NCBI GenBank assembly: GCA_963665115.1
Contig: OY762007.1
Span: 4,288,001-4,352,000 of the forward strand
Direction: 5' to 3'
DNA: 64,000 nt
Origin: an uncultured Rivularia sp.
GTDB lineage: Bacteria; Cyanobacteriota; Cyanobacteriia; Cyanobacteriales; Nostocaceae
In this document: positions 20,958 through 31,011 of the stretch, in pieces
How the letters are laid out: each line of letters begins with the position of its first letter
How positions within the stretch are numbered: position 1 is the first letter of the stretch
Notes under the pieces: model-generated
Seen by the model: the letters and a program-made list of their open reading frames with translations, nothing else
Database searches by the model: none
Told to the model about the DNA's origin: nothing
Translations under genes and position numbers: made by a program

Positions 20958-21488
20958 TTACCACCATCTCCTTCTGCCACCTCCCATCCAAGGTTTGCCT
21001 CCTTCTACAAAGCCACTAACCTCGCGGCTGTGTTCGCGAAGAACGGTTACTAAATTAGGATCGTCGGAAGTTTTCGTGACAACTATCCCTTTCGGAGTAA
21101 GTTCAAATTTGCGCTCGTAGCGATTGGCATTGCGAAACATAATCGGTAAAGTGCGGCTCATCATCGCAAACCGTCGTCCTTCATCTACTCTTCGGTGCAT
21201 ACTTTGAACGTGGGCTTGAATCAAAGCTGTAACTTGCGGAATATCCGACTCTGTGACAGTGCGAACTCCACCTGGGATTTCCTTAACGGTGCGGCGGATC
21301 AGGCTATGGTTAGCAAATAACTGATGAACAATTCCCATGTCTTGCCTATTGCCACCCATCATGTCACCATCCATCATGCATCCTTGGCAGGCAATTCTTG
21401 GAGTTGCTTGAGTAATTTGTCCTGCCGTGAAAGCCAGACTTAATGTCAGTAGGAATAAAATTATCCCAAGTCGTAATTGTCGATTCAT
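20958..21488 (-). CDS. Secreted Met/His-rich hypothetical protein
   Basis: Signal peptide, [28 protein letters not shown]. Confidence 0.7.
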   Translation of the reverse strand: MNRQLRLGIILFLLTLSLAFTAGQITQATPRIACQGCMMDGDMMGGNRQDMGIVHQLFANHSLIRRTVKEIPGGVRTVTESDIPQVTALIQAHVQSMHRRVDEGRRFAMMSRTLPIMFRNANRYERKFELTPKGIVVTKTSDDPNLVTVLREHSREVSGFVEGGKPWMGGGRRRWW

Positions 21489-21576
21489 CTTAAACTCCTT
21501 AATTTAAGAAGTTATTAATTGAACTATCACCATACTTAGTTATGGCATCATACATATTAATGGTTGATGAATTTAG

Positions 21577-21598
21577 TATATCAGCTATTAATGATATA
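21577..21598. promoter_or_regulatory. Putative ArsR-family operator in divergent promoter
   Basis: TATATCA-N8-TGATATA dyad. Confidence 0.5.
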
Positions 21599-21621
21599 GT
21601 GATATTGAAATATGTTAATTT

Positions 21622-21969
21622 ATGCAAACACCTACCTCGTCTCAAATAATTGCTCTAAAAGCCAAGCTTTTTAGGGGTTTTGCTGATTCTTCTCGTCTAT
21701 CTATTTTGAATGCTTTACGTAAAGGTTCTCTCAAGGTAGGTGAGATTGTTAAAGTGACTGGTCTGAGTCAGTCGAATGCTTCTAACCATTTAGCCTGTCT
21801 CAGAGATTGTGGTTTAGTAACCCGTTCCCAAAAAAGTAATTTCGTTTATTACCAACTTAGCGATGAACGGGTAGCTACGTTAATGAATTTGGCTGACGAA
21901 TTGTTGGCTGATGCGGCAAAGGGGGTTTATGAATGCACTCGCTATGAAGTTTCTGAAACACAGGAGTAG
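21622..21969 (+). CDS. ArsR/SmtB-family regulator, CmtR-like (alpha4 CxxxC)
   Basis: SNHLACLRDCGLV plus C-terminal Cys. Confidence 0.8.
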   Translation: MQTPTSSQIIALKAKLFRGFADSSRLSILNALRKGSLKVGEIVKVTGLSQSNASNHLACLRDCGLVTRSQKSNFVYYQLSDERVATLMNLADELLADAAKGVYECTRYEVSETQE

Positions 21970-21985
21970 GCTTTGGCTTTTTTTT

Positions 21986-22069
21986 CAAAACTACTTTTTG
22001 TGTATCCGGGTCGGCAATTAAGTATGTATATGTACAGGATTCGCGGTCAAACAATTGTCGAAAAAACAT
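21986..22069 (-). pseudogene. 5' fragment of a second persulfide dioxygenase
   Basis: MFFRQLFDRESCTYTYLIADPDTQKVVL, then homology is lost. Confidence 0.85.
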
Positions 22070-22095
22070 CTTTCGCTCTCCTAATTAAAATTATT
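22008..22095. repeat. 88-bp perfect direct repeat, copy B
   Basis: Identical to 19770-19857; includes the last codons of the sigma factor. Confidence 0.9.
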
Positions 22096-23079
22096 CAAAT
22101 AAATGCGTGAGTTCGTTCCATATCGTCGTAAAAAAGTAAAAGCTTGTCGCTGTAGCAGTAGCACTCTATCTTGAGCAATACCTGTTCGCTGACTAATTTG
22201 TTTTAGCGTAAGTTCTTCTTCCCCCGTTAAACCGAATCGCAAGGTCAATATTTCTTGCTGTTGAGGAGAAAGTTTAGATAATAAATTTTGAACAGTTTGC
22301 TTAAGGGATTCTTTTACAACATAGTCGAATGGAGAATAATTTTCTGAAACTAATAAATCTTGCAATTGCGTATTTTGTTCTGTTCCTACTTTTACATCTA
22401 AAGACATCGGTTTACAAGCTAATCTCAAGCATTCTCTGACTTGATTTGGTTTGAAACCCAGAGCCTCAGCAATTTCAATCACAGTTGGATTGCGACCAAG
22501 TTTCTGAGATAATTCTCGCTGAACTCGTTTAATTTTATTCAACTTCTCAGTAATGTGAATCGGTAAGCGAATTGTACGAGATTGTTGGGATATGGCTCGC
22601 GTAATTCCCTGACGAATCCACCAGTAAGCATAGGTTGAAAACTTGTATCCTAATGCTGGTTGAAATTTATCAACTGCTCGCTCCAATCCTAAAGTTCCTT
22701 CTTGAATTAAGTCGGGAAAATCCAAGTTGCGCTTTTGGTATTTTTTAGCAATTGTGACAACCAAACGTAGATTAGCCGCAATCATTTTTTGTTTGGCTTT
22801 TTGTCCCCGATCTATTTGTTCAAGTAGCTCCGAATCATTCAATTGAGCTTTATCTGACCATTCTTGTAAAGTTGGTTGACGCTGTAATTTTTCAGATAAT
22901 TCTTCTTTTAATGCTAACAAAGAAATTTTTTGCTGAACTTGTTTAGCTAGAAAAATTTCTTCTTCAGAAGTTAATAGCGGTATGCGGACAATATCTTGAA
23001 AATAACTACCGACAGCATCTTTTGAATATTTACGATTTTTGTTACTGTCATTATTTGGTTGGGAGTTATAGTTAGACAT
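22081..23079 (-). CDS. Group-2-like sigma-70 factor (paralog A)
   Basis: ANLRLVV, DLIQEG, KFSTYAYWWIRQGITR, RTIRLPIH. Confidence 0.9.
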   Translation of the reverse strand: MSNYNSQPNNDSNKNRKYSKDAVGSYFQDIVRIPLLTSEEEIFLAKQVQQKISLLALKEELSEKLQRQPTLQEWSDKAQLNDSELLEQIDRGQKAKQKMIAANLRLVVTIAKKYQKRNLDFPDLIQEGTLGLERAVDKFQPALGYKFSTYAYWWIRQGITRAISQQSRTIRLPIHITEKLNKIKRVQRELSQKLGRNPTVIEIAEALGFKPNQVRECLRLACKPMSLDVKVGTEQNTQLQDLLVSENYSPFDYVVKESLKQTVQNLLSKLSPQQQEILTLRFGLTGEEELTLKQISQRTGIAQDRVLLLQRQAFTFLRRYGTNSRIYLNNFN

Positions 23080-23235
23080 GGTTAGGTTAGTCTCAGAAGT
23101 AACGCACGCTGGTTAATTGGTGTGAATGTTAAATAAAAAATTGCTTAAATCTCAAGCATTAAAATAGAAAATACTTTCTGTGATAAACCCCTTAGTAACT
23201 TATTATTTTGGATAAATTTATAAAACTCAAAAATT

Positions 23236-23332
23236 AAAAGAAAAAGGTTGTACTCTTAACGTAGAGTAACGCGAAGTACAACCGAGTGGTGTGTGTGTGA
23301 AAGTTTTGAATAATATAGTTATTTATGTTTAC
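23236..23332 (-). ncRNA. Candidate Yfr1-like small RNA / attenuator (copy A)
   Basis: CopR-box promoter, ACTTTCACACACACACCAC tract, GGTTGTACT...AGTACAACC stem, U-tract; ends inferred. Confidence 0.55.
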
Positions 23333-23338
23333 TTAATT

Positions 23339-23372
23339 AGTGTGACATCTTGAAATGAAATTAGGATGAAAT
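23339..23372 (-). promoter_or_regulatory. CopR-like box plus -10
   Basis: ATTTCATCCTAATTTCAT-N10-CACACT. Confidence 0.75.
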
Positions 23373-23396
23373 TTCTCAACGCTGGGAGAATTATCT

Positions 23397-24779
23397 TCAG
23401 ATATTTGATGGGGGAATAACTTTCAAAGGTAGACGAATGCTAAAAATACTACCTTTACTCAATTGACTTTGTACCAGTATTTTTCCTCCATGTGCTTGAG
23501 CGATAACTTGTGCGATCGCCAATCCCAAACCCGAGCCACCACTGCGACGAGAGCGAGAAGTATTGACGCGATAGAAGCGGTCAAAAATTACTTGTTGTTC
23601 TTGAGGTGAAATGCCAATACCTGTATCAATTACTTCTATAACTGCATCGCCGTTGTTTTTTTTCAAAATAAGATTTATATTGCCACCAGCAGGAGTGTAT
23701 TGAATGGCATTGGCAATTAAATTAGAAAGTAGGCGTAACAGTTGGTCTTCATCTCCCATAACGTATAAGGGTTGATGAGATAAAATCGAGTATTCTAATC
23801 GCAAAGAAGATGCATTTGCTAAAGCTGAAAATTCTTCGATTAAATCCTCAATCAATATATTAAGAGAGCAAGGTTGCTTTGTAGGTATTAGAGTTTGCTG
23901 TTCCAATCGGGAAAGTAATAGCAAATCTTGTACTAATTCAGCCAAGCGAATATTTTGACGTTTTACCGATGTTAGAACATCTCGCGCTTGTTGTTCGGAC
24001 AGTTCAGAACTATCGAGTATAGTTTCTACCTTGGCATTAACTGCTGCTAGGGGAGTCCGCAATTCATGAGAGACATCAGAGGTAAACTGCTGCATTTGTT
24101 TGTAGGAGCGATTAATCGGTTGTATTGCCAAACCAGCTAGCCACCAACTCGAACCGCCAACTAATAGTATTGTAATTGGTAATCCAAATCCCAAAATCAA
24201 TTTAAAAGCCGCCAAACGATTATCTAGTTCTTTAAGACTGCGACCTACTTGTATGTAGCCCCAAAGTTGATTATTTTGGGTATGCAGTGGCAAAGATTTT
24301 TGACTGTAACGAATTCCTCTGGTGTCTTTGAGTGTTTGCCATCCTTTGGTTTGTACCTTCTGAGGTAATTCATTTGGAGGAAAGCCAGCCACAGCAATCA
24401 AATTTTTAGAATTATCAATAAAACGGACGTAATATATTTTATCTTGGTAAAAGGTACTAAAAATGCCGTGTTGAGAATGAACAAGTCGAATGTGGGTAGG
24501 AATTTTATTATTAATTGAACAATCGGAGTCAGGTAAGCATAGATTGGGTAAAACCACTTGAAAAATCGGCTCCAAGCGTTTGGGTTGCTGTAAAGTCGGT
24601 TCGATAACGCTGTGTAAAGTACCCGTGACAGCTTCTAATTCCCTATCAATGGAAAGCAGGTAAGCACGAATCATTACCTGGTAGATAGCGACACCGCACA
24701 GGCTCAAAAACAAACCCATAGCTACCCCATACCATGCCGCCAGTCGCCACCGAGTTTTATTAAATACTTTAATCTGCAT
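23397..24779 (-). CDS. Metal-sensing histidine kinase (CopS/RppB-like)
   Basis: Two TM helices, His-containing periplasmic loop, SHELRTPL, NLIANAIQY, GSGLGL. Confidence 0.88.
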   Translation of the reverse strand: MQIKVFNKTRWRLAAWYGVAMGLFLSLCGVAIYQVMIRAYLLSIDRELEAVTGTLHSVIEPTLQQPKRLEPIFQVVLPNLCLPDSDCSINNKIPTHIRLVHSQHGIFSTFYQDKIYYVRFIDNSKNLIAVAGFPPNELPQKVQTKGWQTLKDTRGIRYSQKSLPLHTQNNQLWGYIQVGRSLKELDNRLAAFKLILGFGLPITILLVGGSSWWLAGLAIQPINRSYKQMQQFTSDVSHELRTPLAAVNAKVETILDSSELSEQQARDVLTSVKRQNIRLAELVQDLLLLSRLEQQTLIPTKQPCSLNILIEDLIEEFSALANASSLRLEYSILSHQPLYVMGDEDQLLRLLSNLIANAIQYTPAGGNINLILKKNNGDAVIEVIDTGIGISPQEQQVIFDRFYRVNTSRSRRSGGSGLGLAIAQVIAQAHGGKILVQSQLSKGSIFSIRLPLKVIPPSNI

Positions 24780-25470
24780 TGGCAGGATTAAAGCGATAAC
24801 CCATACAGGGAATAGTTTCGATAAAAGTATCCCAACCATACTTAGATAATTTGCGTCGTAAAAGTCGCATTTGAGCCGCTACTACATTACTCACCCGTTC
24901 CGTATCAAATGTATAAAGATGATTCAAAATTTGGTCGCGGGTAACAATTACGTCAGGATGTTTCATCAAGTATTCTAATAAGTGAAACTCTTTTTTGGTT
25001 AAAGTAATTATTTTTGTTTCGCCATTAGCATACTGACAAGTAACTGCAAAATTACCGTAGTCTAAAGTTAGATTACCTACTTCCAAATGCTGGGACTGAA
25101 ATTGCGGTACGCGCCTTTGCAAAGCCCGCAACCGTGCTAATAATTCTTCCATTCCGAAAGGTTTTACCAAGTAATCATCCGCACCAGCATCCAAACCAGC
25201 AACTTTATCTTCCATGCTATCCCTAGCTGTTAATATCAGTACGGGTAATGGATTGTTCCGAAGCCGTAAATGCTTGCATAATTCCAAACCCGATAATCCC
25301 GGTAATAACCAGTCAAAGACTGCTAATGTATATTGATTTGAGTTATTTTGCAAGCAACTCCAAGCTTCATCCCCATCTAACACCCAGTCAACAATATATC
25401 TTTCTTTGCTCAATTTCTGCTGAATTGATGCACCCAAATCTGGTTCATCTTCTACCAGTAAAACTTTCAT
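24769..25470 (-). CDS. OmpR-family response regulator (CopR/RppA-like)
   Basis: LLVEDE, DWLLPG, GADDYLVKPF, SNVVAAQMRLLRRKL. Confidence 0.9.
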   Translation of the reverse strand: MKVLLVEDEPDLGASIQQKLSKERYIVDWVLDGDEAWSCLQNNSNQYTLAVFDWLLPGLSGLELCKHLRLRNNPLPVLILTARDSMEDKVAGLDAGADDYLVKPFGMEELLARLRALQRRVPQFQSQHLEVGNLTLDYGNFAVTCQYANGETKIITLTKKEFHLLEYLMKHPDVIVTRDQILNHLYTFDTERVSNVVAAQMRLLRRKLSKYGWDTFIETIPCMGYRFNPANAD

Positions 25471-25503
25471 AACTAGCGTTGCCTTTTTAAATCAGTCAAA
25501 CTA

Positions 25504-25986
25504 TTAACTAACGCGCAGTCGGGCTATACCTATGGGTACTGCTTGATTTGAATTAACAAAATTCGCAAATACTTTGTAGAGCATTTCACCTCTAGTAGCA
25601 CCTCGTTTTCTAACTTGATTCATTTCTATAGTAAGCTTAGTTCCCGGAGCAACGGGTTCGGAAAATGTTAATGTTGCTTTTTTCTTATCATCGATAGCAA
25701 TTTCAGCATTAATCTTTTCTCCCGATTGGTTAGAGATATCAATATTATCATCTAGTTTTATGTTCTCAGGGGCTTCAATAATAATTTTTGACACAGCATT
25801 ACTTCGTTCAGAAATTGCGATTTTGAAAGTGTGTCTAGGAGTACTCCAATAGCGAATGCGTTGAGGAAATTCTGAAAAACTAGTAATACGAGCAAAATTA
25901 CTAGCTGTTGTTGTCTGTGCGATGGCAGTACCAGTTGATACACCCAATGTAAGGATAGCGGCGGTAGTAAACAATAATTTTTTCAT
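25504..25986 (-). CDS. Secreted DUF2808-like protein
   Basis: Signal peptide; FSEPVAPGTKLTI; PIGIARL; paralog at 39136. Confidence 0.7.
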   Translation of the reverse strand: MKKLLFTTAAILTLGVSTGTAIAQTTTASNFARITSFSEFPQRIRYWSTPRHTFKIAISERSNAVSKIIIEAPENIKLDDNIDISNQSGEKINAEIAIDDKKKATLTFSEPVAPGTKLTIEMNQVRKRGATRGEMLYKVFANFVNSNQAVPIGIARLRVS

Positions 25987-26059
25987 TTCATTTTTTCTGT
26001 TACACAACAAGTTGATTCACTTCTACAATTGCATTAGTGAATCACGGGGTATACTTAAT

Positions 26060-26093
26060 AGTTTTACAAACTGAAATGAAAATTCGATGAAAT
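26060..26093 (-). promoter_or_regulatory. CopR-like box plus -10 (autoregulatory for the TCS operon)
   Basis: ATTTCATCGAATTTTCAT-N10-AAAACT. Confidence 0.75.
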
Positions 26094-26224
26094 TTTCATA
26101 CAGATAAGAAAGCAACACTATTTGATGAATTTATGACTCAATTTGTTTGGAGTTTTAGTATTTCACTTTTTCGCGTTGCTCCCTTACATTTTGATTCGCT
26201 TTAGTGAACTTACGAAGGAATAAT

Positions 26225-26695
26225 TTAGCCACTGTAAGTGTTAACCCTTGCTAAACCGAGCGGAATTTCTTCTTTAATTCCTACTTTTTTGGCTGATACA
26301 GAATAATGCCAAGTATTGGCATAACCTGGAGTCATAACTCCCTGCATTTGAATTGATAGTGAAGTTCCTGGGTTGACAGCTTCTGAAAATGTAATGGTGG
26401 CTTTTTTGCCATTAATAGAAACTGTGGCAGGAATTTTTTCACCTGATTTATTGTTCACTTCAATTCCTTCAGTAATTTTCACATCTTCTGGTGACTCAAT
26501 CATCAATTTAGAAACAGCTTTACCTTGAACGTGAACATCAAATTTATGGGTAGCATCATAAGCTTGAGCGTTGTCAGGTAGGGCTGCACTATTCCCTAAA
26601 TGAGTAATTTTTGCGTCACTTGGACTTTTGGCAAATACTGGAATTGTAGATGAAATAGCGAAGGTAAATGCAGCCGCATAGATGATTTTTTTCAC
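26225..26695 (-). CDS. Secreted DUF2808-like protein
   Basis: Signal peptide; FSEAVNPGTSLSI; PLGLARV. Confidence 0.7.
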   Translation of the reverse strand: MKKIIYAAAFTFAISSTIPVFAKSPSDAKITHLGNSAALPDNAQAYDATHKFDVHVQGKAVSKLMIESPEDVKITEGIEVNNKSGEKIPATVSINGKKATITFSEAVNPGTSLSIQMQGVMTPGYANTWHYSVSAKKVGIKEEIPLGLARVNTYSG

Positions 26696-26746
26696 TTGTA
26701 TTCTCCTAATCAGCTAATAATTATTTTGAATTGTCTCTATATATTT

Positions 26747-26780
26747 ATTGTGAAATATGTAAATGAAAATAAGATGAAAA
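26747..26780 (-). promoter_or_regulatory. CopR-like box plus -10
   Basis: TTTTCATCTTATTTTCAT-N10-CACAAT. Confidence 0.72.
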
Positions 26781-27138
26781 AATCATATATATTTCAAAAT
26801 TGATTGATTATCTTAAATTTTATTTAGATATTTTTTAACGCAAACAAATTAAGCAATAATAAAACTCACCTTTAATTTTTAATAGAAAAGGTGAGAAAAT
26901 GGTTGAATTATTGTTGATTGATAGTATTTATTATCTGCTATGCTAAAAACTAATATAAAATAGCGTAATCTTTACTGGATAAAATAGATAGCTTTTAATT
27001 TTGACTTTTAAGCCTTTGAGAGGATATTTGGAAAGTATTAAACAATTTAATTAACACGAGAAGGGTACTTAGTTTACGAAATAATCGTAAAATTTAGCCA
27101 ATTTAAAAAAATCACCCAAATTCCATTTGAACCCGATA

Positions 27139-27179
27139 TAAAGTTTGCCCAATAGGAGAGTATCCGTAGGCAAACTTTA
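27139..27179 (-). terminator. Hairpin after RND operon
   Basis: TAAAGTTTGCC...GGCAAACTTTA. Confidence 0.55.
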
Positions 27180-27215
27180 GGGTTTAGAAACTTTTAGAAC
27201 TGTTTAACCTATAAA

Positions 27216-27713
27216 TTATCTTTTAAAGCTAAAGCGACCGTTAACTTTTTCACCATCAACTTCGGAAAGAATAGCTACTTTGTATTCTCCTGCTGCTTTT
27301 TCTGGAAGTACAGCGTGGTAATGCTTTTCATCAGCTTCATATTCAAGGGGAATTGTTTTTTGTTCTCCACCAGGTAACTGAACTTGAGCCGTTACTTGAG
27401 CATTGCTAATTTTTTCGTGTTTTTCGCCTTTTTCTAGATAAAAATCCATATGGATTCCTTCATCATTTGGTGCTGCTACAAGTTCCAAATGATATTGGCC
27501 CGATTCTATAACTTGTCCACCATGAGAATGTTCGCCTTCTTTTTCACCGTCAGAATGGTCGTGACCGTCATTTTCTGAGTGACCTTTCTGTGCTACGGTT
27601 TCGGTTTTGCTAGCCGCTGAATCTTCTGAATTTGCAGTTTGATCACTACAAGCGCCTACAAAAATTAATCCTATACTACCTAAAATAATCGCACTTAGTT
27701 TTAGAGATTTCAT
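27216..27713 (-). CDS. His-rich lipoprotein, third gene of RND operon
   Basis: Lipobox VGAC; GHSENDGHDHSD...HSHGG. Confidence 0.8.
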   Translation of the reverse strand: MKSLKLSAIILGSIGLIFVGACSDQTANSEDSAASKTETVAQKGHSENDGHDHSDGEKEGEHSHGGQVIESGQYHLELVAAPNDEGIHMDFYLEKGEKHEKISNAQVTAQVQLPGGEQKTIPLEYEADEKHYHAVLPEKAAGEYKVAILSEVDGEKVNGRFSFKR

Positions 27714-27825
27714 TTTTTTGATTCCTTGATTTTTCAGAATATAATTTATTAACGCAAAGGAACGCTGAGGGGTTCGCAGAGAAGCGCTAAGAACTAATTT
27801 AAGTGTTAGTTTTTTAGTTTTTTAT

Positions 27826-30800
27826 TCATCTCCTCTTACTATTATTGAGAATAGTTAAATCTTGATTCGCAGTAATTTCTGAAGCGGTTTCCATCTGAAC
27901 TACGGCTGAGTTTTGTTTGGGTATTAAATACTTGCCGAATTTACTATACAAAGCCGGAAGCACCAACAAAGTTAAAGCTGTAGAAGTAAACAAACCACCC
28001 AATACAACTATCGCTAAAGGCTGCAAAATTTCTTTACCCGCACCAGTCCCGATTACCAGAGGAACCATACCTAATGCAGATGTTAAAGCTGTCATTAAAA
28101 TAGCAACAAGTCTTTCCATTGAACCTTGAGAAATGACTTCTCGTAAAGGCATTCCCATTGCAAACTTGCTGTTATAGTTTTCTACTAAAAGCAAACCGTT
28201 ACGAGTAGCTACGCCGAATAAAGTAATAAATCCCACCATTGATGCTACCGAAAGAATACCACCACCCAAAGCCACGGAAAAAACTCCACCAGCTAACGCT
28301 AAAGGTAGATTACTCATAATCATTAAAGTTGCTGGTATTGATTTGACTGCGAAGTACATCAAAACAGCGATGACAATCATTGATAAACCGCCAAATATCA
28401 GGAAATTTTGGGAGGCTCGTTGTTCGGATTCAAACTGACCGCCATACTGAATAAAATAACCAGATGGTACTTGCACTTGCTCTTTAACTTTGGCGCGAAT
28501 TTCATCCACAGCAGAACCTAAGTCTCTACCGGAAACGTTGGTAGAAACAACTATTAAGCGGGAAACGTTTTCTCGGTTAATGGTATTGGGACCAGTTCCG
28601 TAGTCAATTTTTGCTACTGCTGCTAAAGGTATTTTCTGTCCGTTGGGAGTATCGACAAGTAAATTGCGAATGGTGTCTAAGTTGTTTCGTGCTTGTGGTT
28701 TTAACCATACTAATAAGTCAAAAAGCTGCTGTTTCTCTAATACCTGAGATACTACCCGACCATTTAATGCAGTTTCGGTGATTGATGATAAATCCCCCAC
28801 GGAAAGACCGTAACGAGCTGCTGCATCGCGGTCAAATTGAATTTGCACCTGTTTTATGGGTACTTGCGGTTCTAACTGCAAATCTACTAAACCGGGAATA
28901 TCTTGCATTACTCCTTCCACTTCTTTCCCCAAAGCGCGTAACTCTTCGAGTTCCGGACCGAATATTTTCACGGCGATCGCACTTCTGACACCGGACAAAA
29001 TTTCATCCATGCGGTGGGAAATAAAACCTCCTATAACCCCTACTGAACCAGGTATTTTGGCGAATTCCTCTCTAACTTTTTCTACCGTTGCTTCCCTATC
29101 TTTCATTCCTTCATCGCTAATCTCAATATCGAGGTGCGATAAGTTGACGGGTGCTGCATCCGCATCTCCAGGAGCGCGTCCGGAACGCATTTGTACTGAT
29201 GTAATCCGGGGGGTCATCTTTGAGTGCTGCTTCAATTGCATTTCCAGCTTGGTTGGTAACTTCTAAGGATGTACCGGGATAAAGCAGCATGGAATTAACT
29301 AAAGTACGCTCCTGAAATTCCGGTAAAAATACTCGTCCCAAACTTGTAAAAATGACCATTGATGCCACAAAAGCCGCAACAGCAGTTAAAATCACCACGT
29401 TGCAACGTTTTATAGAAAAATTCAATAGGGGACGGTATAGCTTTTGCGACCAGCGAGTTAACCAGGTTTCATCATCCCGCAGTCTCTTTTTAGTTAACAG
29501 TATGGCGCACAACGCTGGAGATAAAGTCATTGCTACCAAGGTTGAAGATAAAATTGACACCAAATAAGCCCAACCCATCGGTGCAAAAATCCGACCTTCT
29601 ACCCCAGTTAAAGTAAAAATTGGCGCGAAAACTACGGCTATAATTACTGTCGAAAAAATAACGCTGGTTCGTACCTGCACTGAAGTGTCAAATACCACCT
29701 GGAAAGGATGTACGGGATTTTCTGCTTGCTGATTTTCCTGCAATCCCCGGTAGGCATTTTCCATATCAACAATAGAATCATCAACTACCGAACCGATAGC
29801 TACTACCAATCCTCCCAAAGTCATAGTATTAATACCTTGACCAAAGAAATTGAGAATCATCATCCCAATTAACACCGACAAAGGAATAGCGCTAAGAGTA
29901 ATAATTGCAGTGCGCCAATTCATCAAAAACATCAGCAAAATAATTGAAACAATTATCGTGCCATCCCTGAGAGAACTAGTAACATTTTTTATAGCATCAT
30001 CAATAAAATTTTGCTGGCGAAAAGTAACTGTATATTTAACATTGGCAGGTAAGCTAGGCTCAAGTTCTGCCATTGCCGCTTCTACAGCCCGACTTATCGT
30101 AGGAGTATCAGCTTGGGGTTGTTTGTTAACCATCACTACAACCGCAGGTTGGGTATTAAAACTACCATCACCCCGCTTTAATGCCGCACCAATTTGCACA
30201 TCGGCAATATCTCTTAATAATACAGGGGTACCATCACGAGCGGTAACAACTGACTTCTGCAAATCCTCAATTTCAGTAACTCTTCCGATACCGCGAATTA
30301 ATAATTCTTGGTCTGGGTCAATTAAAAATCCACCAGCCGCATTACTATTAGCTTTAGCAGCAGCTGTGGTGACATCTTCTAAAGAAACATTAAAAGCCTT
30401 TAGTTTAGCAGGGTCAACTAAAACTTGATATTGGCGGATATCTCCCCCATAAGTAATTAATTGAGAAACACCCGGAACAGCGAGCAGACGGTTTGTCACA
30501 ACTAAGTCAACAAATCGTCTTACCTCCATCATGTCAGTTGTCGTTTTCCCTTCTTCTGAATCGATAGTAAAAGCATAGGAAAGTACTGTTCCGATGGGGG
30601 AACTAATCGGAGAAATTTGTGGTGATTCAATATTATCTGGCAGTTTTTGCGACGCTTGCTGCAATCTCTCGGTGACTAACTGTCGAGCTTGATAAATATC
30701 TGTACCCCAATTAAAAATAACTTTGACAACAGAAATACCAACCCCAGAAGAAGAGCGCACGGTTTCTACACCAGGAGTACCATTGACAGCACTTTCAATC

Positions 30801-31003
30801 GGTAAACTAATTAAAGATTCTACTTCTTCGGGAGCTAATCCCGGTGCTTCGGTTTGAATTTCTACTTGGGGTGGAGCAAAGTTAGGAAAAACATCCAAAG
30901 GCATTTGAGTTAGGTTGTAAACTCCTAACATCATGACAATCATTGCTCCAATCACCACCAGCCACCGCTGTACAATCGACCATTTCAGAATGTTATCAAT
31001 CAT
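27826..31003 (-). pseudogene. CusA/CzcA-family heavy-metal RND permease split by +1 frameshift
   Basis: Two overlapping ORFs join as KDDPRITSVQMRSGRAPGD if one G of the G6 run at 29208-29213 is removed; VVDDSIVD, RLVAILMTALT. Confidence 0.88.
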
Positions 31004-31011
31004 GATGCAGT

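Noticed and set aside
23112..23125. 14-nt match GTTAATTGGTGTGA shared with 2744-2757
   Set aside because: A match this short is expected by chance in 64 kb of AT-rich DNA, and it is absent from the paralogous sigma B leader
29850..30428. Long antisense ORFs (e.g. 29850-30428, 20523-21053, 11888-12274, 13124-13540, 45006-45341)
   Set aside because: Shadows of well-supported genes on the opposite strand
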